Part shown: one piece after another, positions 1 through 10,000 of the stretch | Numbering within the stretch: the first letter of the stretch is position 1 | How the letters are laid out: each line of letters begins with the position of its first letter | Source of the DNA: Priapulus caudatus | Lineage: Eukaryota | Length of the DNA: 21,263 bases | Assembly (NCBI RefSeq): GCF_000485595.1 | Contig: NW_014577090.1 | Span: 678,432 to 699,694, forward strand | Reading direction: 5' to 3' | Made by a program: the position numbers and the translations under genes | Notes under the pieces: generated by a model | Databases searched by the model: none | Told to the model about the DNA's origin: nothing | What the model saw: the letters and a program-made list of their open reading frames with translations, nothing else

Positions 1-201
1 ATGTTTATGCGTGTGTGACTGGGTTATGGTTACTGAGAGTGTGTGTGTGTGCGTTTGTGCGTGTGTCTGCACTATGTGCTGTGCATGTGGCTTTGAGCCT
101 GTATAGGATATCATACTGCTAGTGTTAGTGCTTTCTTCGTTTGTTCCGTGTGTCTTCATGGTTATTTGAGGGCTACTGACAGTGTTTCTCCATGTTTGCA
201 G

Positions 202-406
202 GGGATTCGCAGACTTTGGTGCGGGACTTAGCGTAGGATTGAGCGGTTTGGCGGCTGGGTTTGCCATCGGCATCGTGGGAGATGCTGGCGTGAGGGGGAC
301 GGCACAGCAGCCTCGACTCTTCGTTGGCATGATCCTCATCCTAATCTTCGCCGAAGTACTCGGCTTGTACGGACTCATCGTCTCTCTTATCCTAATCACG
401 AAATAG
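202..406 (+). CDS. ATP6V0C: V-type H+-ATPase 16 kDa proteolipid subunit c, terminal coding exon (upstream exons outside the window)
   Basis: Translation [67 protein letters not shown] matches the C-terminal half of V-ATPase subunit c, including the proton-carrying Glu in FAEVLGLYG. Acceptor tttgcag ends at 201 (phase 2); stop TAG at 404-406. Confidence 0.97.
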
Positions 407-1309
407 ACAAGGTGCGACAGCCATTACTACAGGGACACTTTGCTTAAGCTTTTTCTTATGTTAACCAATTGTTGGCGGGAGGGGAGGGGGGCAGGTATTG
501 TACCTGTGGGCTGGCTACAGGCAACATTGATATCACCTGATGGGAAGGTTAGCAACGTCGACTGTGACTACGAATCATGTTAAACATATTGTTCTTCAGC
601 CTTCAGGCTGAAACGCAGGATCCTTCCAGTATCATCCTCATGATCAAACTAATAGTAAGAACGAAGTGGGTGCATCGTTTGCCGCGTGGGTTGACCGTAA
701 TTGTTTATAGTGTAAGCCCGTTGTTATATTTTGTTGAAACATCTGTTATAGGAGTCATGCATGTAAAGCTAATCAGTTATTAATTTTATTGAGATCCCTG
801 TAGTACATGTGATGCAACTGTGGTGTGTTTGGGAAGACAATTAGGGTTAATGAATAACAAGTACGATAACATGAAATTCGGACGAGTAAAGTAGTGTACA
901 TGTGTTACTGTGCGATGAGGCATGAGGTCAGTCATTATTTTGCTATCTATTGTTTGTCATGAGTGTTGCTATCTTGGTTATGCAACATCTCTCGACTTTC
1001 GAGTAGTAAGTGAGATATGTCGTAGCAGAGGTAATAATTATTTCTCTCTATCACAATGGATGTATAAATTTTCGGTTTCAGTTTGTCAAAGGTAGTGTCG
1101 GTAACATTGTGGCAGTGTCACGCAAGGCGTATATGTTATATGTGTGTATGTGTGTATACGTGAATTCAGCGATACCAGTGGTTGGAACAATGGTTGAACA
1201 TTCACGCTCATTCCACTAAAGACTAAGTAATACAGCGCCACACTGACAACCATTTGTTGAGGGTACTAGTACTTCTAGGAATGCCCCTAAAGCAGCTATC
1301 AGTCAGGCT

Positions 1310-1420
1310 AATAAATCATCATCATTAGTTTGTGTCTGCAAAAATTGGAAACTATAGAGGCTTGGTCATTCTCTTGAAATTTATCTATTGTGTAGAATCT
1401 GTATGTAATATAATAATAAA
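1310..1420 (+). terminator. Candidate polyadenylation signals of ATP6V0C
   Basis: AATAAA at 1310-1315 and 1415-1420; the second is followed by T/GT-rich sequence. Position only, no transcript evidence. Confidence 0.35.
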
Positions 1421-2194
1421 AATGTGGATTTAACTATTAGATCATGTTGTTGAAATATTCGCATGGACTGTGCACATGTAATTTGTGAGTATGACATATG
1501 TACATGTATAATATATCGATATATATATCTATAACACTTTGAAGGTTGGCTGGGGTAACATTACTCATTACCAATGCACTACCCTTACCCAAGTTTGTGA
1601 GGGAAAATCGTTAGTCTTGTCAGTGAATATGAAGCCTGTCTGGTTGGTAGAGTGGAATATTAACATAATTCGGGTACAAAGCATTTTCGTGAGTCGGGGC
1701 TGGTACAATTTAAGGTGGAGATTTGTACATACTATCGCCACTGCGAGGTTGAGAGTTTTTCTCCCGGCTGACAACCTCGTCCATTACTGGAAATGCTTTG
1801 TGCCAACGCTGTGGCCTCTAGGTAACTTTCTGTGCTTCAATACTCGTGTTTCAAACATTCCGTCGATGTAGAAAATTACCAGTGCAGCCATCGTGGTGCA
1901 ATAATGAGATGGCGCCACTGGTTCGTAGAGAGCGAGTGCTCACTTCCAACCTGGTCACACCGTTGTGCAGCTTTCTAATTGGTAAGTGCACGTGTGTGAC
2001 CAGGAGGTATCTGCGGCTCCTTCACTGCGAGTCACTCAGGTGGCGTGATCGATGCTTGCGCTGCTGCTTATCCCACCGTGTCCTGGTGTTGCTCGGACGT
2101 GCACGTGAGATTTCGGTGTGTGCCATCTTGTTTTCTTGTCTGTAATCGTTGCTTGAAGGCAGTTGTTGAGTGTGAGCATCTAGTTAAGTCCCAA

Positions 2195-2239
2195 CCACAG
2201 AAATAATATAGATAATATGTATCTATATTATTTCTATGG
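2195..2239. repeat. 45-bp near-perfect palindrome (possible tiny MITE or excision footprint)
   Basis: ccacagaaataatatagata (2195-2214) versus the reverse complement of 2220-2239, ccatagaaataatatagata: 19/20 match with a 5-nt loop. Flanks are tcccaa and tctcaa. Confidence 0.7.
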
Positions 2240-3126
2240 TCTCAACACACCATCGCCTGCCAGCGCGTTTCCCAGCCGTGGCCTTGATGTTACTGTAACA
2301 ACCGCCGGCGTCATGCATAGCTCGTGCCAGCTGCGTGTGTGGCAACGCTGGCAGCAGCTAGTGGCGCCGAGCGGGAAACGCGGAGATGATAAACTAGCTT
2401 CACGTGATGCCCAGAGACTAGTTTTAACTTGACAGCAAAACACGAGGAGACCTGAGATGGTGTTTTTCATTTGTGGCGTCAATCCGTGTCGATTGCAACA
2501 ACGGCCGATTTAAATGGGTTACGCTGGCGGTGATGTCACCATCAATTTGCAGTACTGCAGGCGCATTATTACACTGGTGGCGACGTCACCACCAGGTTGC
2601 AGCATTGCATCCGTATTGTTACACCTAAATACTGCAGTATCGAGTTATTTGACCAATCGAATACAATGTGACTGCATGCATGGCTGTGTTGCATGTAACA
2701 CCGTTATCTGGCCTCTGGCCCTAATACAGCTCAGCAATCAAACATGGTCATGCACAAATTGTTAATAGTGGAACCCTTGTATTGTATCATGGGACAATTT
2801 CGCAATAAAGGCCTCGTTTTGTCTGTTAATGAAATCTTTTATATTCTAGCAACTGTCCTTAGATGTGTTTGTGCAGATCACGATGCCATTTGCATGCGAA
2901 AGTGAAACGTTGAATGTCATTAAATAGCGAAGAATCAATTCTTTACGAGTGTTTATTTTAGAATGAGTGACATGATACAAATTGTAGCATGTACAAATTA
3001 TAGCATTATATTCCTCTTCATTCAATAGCCAATAGAATTGAGCTAAAAACCACTTTGATATCAACTATTCAAACAGGGACTATACAAATAGTTTACCTAC
3101 CAGTAACACGTCTTGAAATGTTGACA

Positions 3127-3132
3127 TTTATT
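3127..3132 (-). terminator. Candidate TRAP1 polyadenylation signal
   Basis: First minus-strand AATAAA I found downstream of the TRAP1 stop (about 830 nt away). Confidence 0.3.
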
Positions 3133-3961
3133 ACTACTTTGATTTAACGAAAGATACGTTCATAGCTGTACAAAACACCTTTTCAGAGAAAATCACAAGT
3201 GGGGTGGGGGTCGCTGACTCTGTCATTGCTTCCACTTTCTTCCCGACTGACATTTAATGTCACAGTTTTTTCTAGCCAGGTACAGCGGAATTTGCTTTTT
3301 GCACTCTTGTCGATTTCCAATATTGCTGCTTTGTCTCCCTTCTGAACCCGCTATAAACTAACGTCTAAATAAGCTCACTGCTGATTGCCTATAGGTTTAC
3401 TTGTATTACTTGTATTGGCTAATGTCAACGTGCTAAGAACGGCAGAACTGCTAGTGATCAATTTCGTATTACGTACAGCTCAGTGGTTTCGTACCACAAT
3501 GAGTGTTATGGTCACACGCAACGGGTTTTGTCGGATCACGCGAATATATAGGATTACGACAGAACATGTATAAACACAAATGAATACAGTGCTTTGGACA
3601 GAAGATTCTTATTGAATATACCGAAGAGAGTTAAAATACACTTTACATTCTTAACCTTACCCCCCTCCCCAAAACTTTTCTCATCGAATTTAGATGCTTC
3701 ACAAAATCGACCACAGGGCTGTCAAATCCGAGAAAAATCCTCATCCCTGTATAACCAAGGAGGCAGTGACACAGCAGTGATAATGTGACGGTCACATACT
3801 TGCATCGTTTGCATCTATTTATCACTACTACTGGGCCAGTTACGCCTCAACGCTCGGTCCACATCCCTCACGAAGCACTAGCAACTAGAACACGAAGCAA
3901 CTAGTGCCTGTAACTCGCGACGTCACTACGGCAACCACGACAGCTTGTGATTGGTTGGATC

Positions 3962-4063
3962 TCAGTGCTTTTCGAGGGCGAGTGTCAGTACATCGTTGAG
4001 TCTGTTGATCATCACTCTGGGATCTTCTATGAGTCCAGCAGCAATCATAGCATTATCGAATAT
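3962..4063 (-). CDS. TRAP1: TRAP1 exon 16, terminal ([33 protein letters not shown])
   Basis: C-terminal dimerisation helix motif, TGA at 3962-3964. Confidence 0.95.
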   Translation of the reverse strand: MFDNAMIAAGLIEDPRVMINRLNDVLTLALEKH

Positions 4064-7000
4064 CTACGGGCACAAAACCAACCCACATTTACTGGACAAT
4101 AAACAGTTTATTAAAATTATTTCCATCATGTTATTTACCTTCACTGAAGCTTAGTTTTGGACGTGAATAATGACAGTGTAATACATTATTGCGAAATCGA
4201 AATGATTACATGGCACTAGTGTGACGTGTACGTGGTCAATATGAGTACAACTGGAATTTTTGTGAAATGATTGTGTTAATTGCTTAGGACTTACTTGTTC
4301 AGCAACCATCCTTCCTAATTTCTCATTGGTTGTCATCAGAGTGCTTAGCTTCTTAATCAGTGAATGGCTATAATAAAAGTATAAAGAACTTGTCAACAAA
4401 CTGTTGTTAATCACGGTTGTGCACACATTACAGCACACCCTCACGCATATACATGCACCTATGCACATGCTCATAAACATCACAAGAGACCCTCTCGCAT
4501 CTTACAGACATCCAAAAGCTGTTAGTAATGCCATTATTTAACAGCTATGTACTAAGAACTCATTCACAGAGCTGAGGAACAGTTGTCATACCTGTCAATG
4601 CATGTCATTCCAGATGTAACGCCGAGCAATAACTAGTGACGCATTAACAAATGAATGTACAAGCAGGAAGTGTATGCCAATTATCTAATTCAGACCTACC
4701 AACCTGTGATTCATGAAAATAGTAAGGCTTTTCTTTTCTTGCAGCAGGCGGCCATTTTGTTTGTATGTTATGCGCGCAATGAATGATGGGACTAACTCTA
4801 GATCACGCGAGAACAACGTGAACGCGTGATCCAATATGGCTGCGCCCACAATCGCCAGATATTTCTCAGCTCACAATGTAAAAAACATTAATTTTCACAA
4901 GTCGTATTAAGTTTTTCAGTTTGATCGTACATTCGTAGAAACATCATGGAATTCGTAAGGAATACGAAAAAATCGTAAGGGTTGGCAGGTCTGCTAATTA
5001 TATTGCAATCATAACTGCTGACTGACCTCTTTCAAATGTAAATGAATTACATATGATATATAATTAACCCACACACTGTTAGCACAGCCGCAGTAAATCG
5101 TAACTAACAAAGACTTGTCTTTTTTGCTGATTGCTGACAGCTACTTACTGACGGCTATGGCTGTGTGAGATGTTACCTTGGATTGATCTCCAGCGTTGGC
5201 TGCAGGATGCTGTAACGCTGGTCCTCTGGAATTCCCTGGAATGCCGTTCGCACAAAGTGTCGTGCCGCTCCCATCTCAGCTACAGTCACCACGCACGGGT
5301 GATTTGACAAACGCCTTGTCACCTAGAACCCAGAAAACAAACATGTCAGGCAAGAATATAGAAAAAGCACTTGCTCATGAGACAGTTGCACATGAGAGCT
5401 GGAATTGTGCTGAGGTACTACCGACTATTCAAACCAAAGCAGTGTACAAGGAAACGTTTTACTCAAACAAGGTCCAGAATATGTGTTTAAATCTTACATA
5501 CCTTCACGTTAGTAGCCTTCGTTCCTAGCATCTGCTTCATCCAAGTGCATAATGATTTCACGTCTGTATCCGACAGACTGTTGTCATCTACAAACAACAG
5601 AACAACACAGCGTCACTGAGAGCTGTTGTATCCTCTTTTGTCTCGTATCCTGGGACAAACTGTCAAAGTGACACCAGCGCCATCTCACCTTCACTATCTA
5701 ACATTAGCACCTCCTCACCTTGCGTGGTGGTGTCTCCCTCTTTTTCCTTGTCCTGTACCATCTCCTTCTCAACAGATGTTAGGTTCTTACGGTCGAATTG
5801 TCGCAGCTGCATTAGCACCAGCTCATCGTACGGCTCGTAGCAGAACAACACCTCAAAGTCCTTCTCCTTCACAGCGTCGAAGTATGGAGAAGTCTCCGCC
5901 AGCTCACGGCTACAACACACAGCGTGGTTTTCAGAACATCCGACTGACAAATTTGGGTTTCCTGTAAGCTAACAGCTGTGAGCATTGCCATAGTAAAAAT
6001 ATAACGATTGGATTAGCTTCATACGGCATAAAGATAAGTGTGCAGATAGTAAGATTAGTTGCATTTTTCGAAGAGTTATAAGCTTTTTTATATAAGAAAA
6101 AGCACACCTTGGGGCTGCCAAGTAGAATATGTCCCGTTGGCCAGCTTCCATTCGACCTGCGTAGTCTTCCAAGCATACCTTTTCTCCGGCTGCCATCTTA
6201 GATGACTCGAACCTCAGCAGCTTCGCAATTTCTTCCTAAACCACGCAATTATAAAATTTAGAGTTAAAGTAATAACCTTATCAACTTTATAACTAATGTA
6301 AACTTTTAAGTTTAAAAGTTTTAAGTGTAACAATGGTACATTTAAGGTACTTTCTGTACTTTTAACACTGCATTCCAACTAGACTATGAAAACAATCATT
6401 AGTATATTATAAAGAAACAGAGCACAGGAGCCTGCAAAAAGTATGTTTTAAAATGCCATGCCGTACACAGGAGGTTGGTGAGTGCAGGCGAACTCATATA
6501 ACACATCTATATACCTTTTCTCCTTGGTCAGCTGTCATGAGAATTCCCTCACGGAAGAAGAGACCAAAGTCTTTATACAACAAGTCGTACTTCTCTGGAT
6601 CTTTCTTCGCCTGCTCTTGGAAGAATCGCATTAGTCTGTTCGTGAGCACCAGCCTCAGTTTGCTGCGAGAGAAACGAGACATGAGAAACATGTAGCCACC
6701 TTTGCAGGTTATCGTGATATACGCTCCCGCAACGCCAGCTGCTGGTATCGTTCCTCAACATACCTGATCAGAGCACTGTTCTGTAGAAGCTCCCTACTCA
6801 GATTCAAAGGAATATCCTCACTGTCAACAACACCTGAAAAGAAGAAGCTTAAACATAGAGATCTAACGAAACCTCATTAGGAAGTGCTTCCACCTCGTAA
6901 GAACAGGAAGATGAAGCAGCAACAGTGGTGTTCCATGGGTATGTATAAAATTTATACTATTTGCTAATAAAAGATTTAAACCATTGAGGAGTGCATAAGA

Positions 7001-10000
7001 GTGATGTCCATCTATTTTATATCCATAATACCATCCTGCTTTTTATATATATACATGCATACAAAATATTATCCCTCTCATGACAATTGCTAATACTTAT
7101 ATCATTTCTATTAATCCAGTACCGTTTCTCTCCCCCTCTCTACCAAATCACAAACTCATGTTTCCTGCTCCTGCAATAACAGTATGTCTCTTCCTCAGAA
7201 CTCACCTTTTACAAACCGCATCCACTTGGGCAGGATCTGCTCAGAACTGTCCTGGATGAGCACCTTGCGACTGTAGAGGGCGACGCCGGCGTTTCCTTCT
7301 CGCCCCATGTCGAGCATCGTCGGTTTCGTGTCGGGGATGTAGAACACGCTGCGTATGTTCAGCGGTGCGTCTGCCTTGTACTGCAGCCAGTAGCGCGGCC
7401 GGTCGTAGGCGCCCGTCAGGAAGCGGTAAAACTCCTCGTGCATCGTGTCCGACACATCCTTGGGCTCCATCATCCACAGTGCCTGCAACACACATACACA
7501 CGCAGCACTCAGCACAGCTTCCCACGAGATGCGAGATACAGTAGATGAGTAAGAATTAACCTTGTTGAGCATGAGGGTGTTATGTATGGTGTGTGTGTCT
7601 GGTGGTGGGGGGGAGGGGAATTCACATTCTAAGGCAAGTATAGCAAGGATGGGCATGATACACTTGAGAATGCAGGTAGTAGTAGTTGTAAGACATTTTG
7701 GGCAAGAATGGTTTACTTGCCTACAACATGAAGTGTCAAACAAACATCACAGTTTTATAACTATCCCATAGATATACAGTAAAACTCCCATAAGTCGTCA
7801 TCGTCTAACTCGTCAATTCGCATAAGTCGTCATGGAAGTCAAAGTCCCGATTTTCTCTCATAGTAAATCCATTGGAATGGCCCCGCCTAAGTCGTCATTT
7901 ATAAGTCATCATTATGTACAAGTCAACGCCCTCAGACAAGTCCCATGTAATACAAACAACAGTAATTTCCCATCTGTAAGTCGTCATCAGAAATGCCGAT
8001 GGCGCGCGCACAGTGTACGGTCTAGGGGATGTTCGAGCTGGCTGTCGCAGCTCGCACATCCCCAGTGTATGCACCCCAATGCAGGGTCCGGAGTCAAATG
8101 CTCCCTGATTTACTGCCGGACTCTCTGATTTGACATAATAATGCAGGAGTCCGTGTGACTGCCTGAAAATTCTGCTATACTAACTAGTTCATTCCAGAGC
8201 ACGGCCTTGCGGAATTGCCGTAATTTTTCAGAAAGTGTTCCAAGAAATTTTGGCAGACGTGCACCGCAAATTTCCTGCAATGTCCAATCGTGTAATCAAC
8301 AGCGGGTGTTACAGAGAGCCAGCGTGTGCCGCGCTTGCCGCTAGTGCGTACACTGTACGTGCGTACACTGTACGTGCGTTATAGCCAGCAGTGGTGTCGA
8401 TTGATGTACGGACCCGATTGTTTCATTTCTGCTATGTATGTGGCGCGAACTGACGTCGTGTGTGGAGTATGTTTATGTCTGCGTAGGGGTGACGGGCGCC
8501 TGGGAGGGGAGCCCTACGTATAAGTCAACAAAATGACGACTTACGTGTATGTCGTCATTTTCGTAAGTCGGTACAAATATGCTGGTCCAAAAAGTGTCGA
8601 CTTATGTGAGTTTTACTGTATAACACAATCCATTAATATTACGGCATGCACAAAATCAAGTAGTACGGAGTTAGCATATTTATAGGAACAATTATTTCAA
8701 TCTTGGGATACACTTATATTTATAGAATATTATTATATATTTATACAATGAGATAAAATGCTTCTCACCTCTGTTCTGTTGATCCTTTTTCCATTGAAGA
8801 AAATTGGAGCACTTACATAGTTGCTGTACTTCTTTATCACCTCTGAATTAATCGAAATGAGAAATCTTAAGTTTTAACCTACATTTGATTCACAGCAATG
8901 TGATCTCATGAATGAAACTTCACGTAACAAAAATCTAAACATGCTTAATTATTTTTGCAATATTTAGCACAAAGACATTTCATAAACAGCATCATAGGAT
9001 CAATAATCAACCAGTAGCCAGAACCAACACAAGTATATTTTACCACATACGAGTGATAAAGCCTCTACAGGACCTACCATTGACTTTATCCACATCAGCA
9101 AATTCGATTGCATCTGGTTTCAGATGGACGACAATCTTGGTGCCTCGCTTCACACCCTCCGCTTCTGCCACCTCGTAGGTTCCACACCTGCATGTAAGCA
9201 GAGTCACTCGGTTTTGTACATTTTATCATCTCATAGGACTCCAACATTAATGGAGTAGGAGACCAGTCGCAGCATAGGGTTGAATACATGCACAGCATTC
9301 ACCTGGACTTTCAAAGCAGCGACCCTGCCCAGCTACCAAGCAGCAAAAACAATGTATGAAGGACTACAACAACATTACATCTTTGCTGTACTGTACAGAT
9401 CACTCAACTTACCTGCACCATATACACACCGGTACTTGCCAGTAAGGATTAAAGGCACAATACACAGTGATGACTTGCTATAAATATATCACATCATCCT
9501 CAGAGAATAACATTTACCATGACTGGTAACTAAAGATTGGTTATAATAACAGAGAATAACACATATATGAATACCCGTCAGACACCCAGTGCAGTCCCTT
9601 AGAGCCAGGCTTGTGTGACAATGAGAAGACTTCAACCTTTTCTGCCACCATGAAAGCTGCATAGAATCCAACTCCAAATTGTCCAATGATGCTGGATGCA
9701 ACTCCATCACCTTTCTCCTTCAGCTCTTGCATAAAGCCCTGAGAATATTGCATCCAGTAGTTACGGATGTTTACTTCCGATATCTAGTCAGCTTCATATC
9801 ACGGTCATCATATATTAAGTATACAGGAACTGTGCATTTTCAATGGGATTTATGAACCTTAAGTTTTCTGTTTGGGTACCTTTCATATGGGTACCACCAA
9901 GATAGCAAAAACGAGGTATGCTAAAAACAACCTAGTGATGGACTCTGAAGGCCAAGATAAAAGAGCCGAAACTTTATTGGGGTGAACCACATGCTGTTGT

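Noticed and set aside
1539..2145. GC-richer segment with ORFs and splice-like sites (tgtag at 1871, g|gtaagt at 1982)
   Set aside because: No recognisable protein in any frame and no consistent exon chain; a lncRNA or decayed element cannot be excluded.
5196..5967. Plus-strand 110-aa and 113-aa ORFs
   Set aside because: Antisense shadows of TRAP1 exons 12-14 with no independent evidence.
9945..9972. Penelope-type minimal hammerhead-like string ctgaag-gc...gcc-gaaac
   Set aside because: The core lacks the final A of CUGANGA, and no stem III or cleavage triplet is evident.
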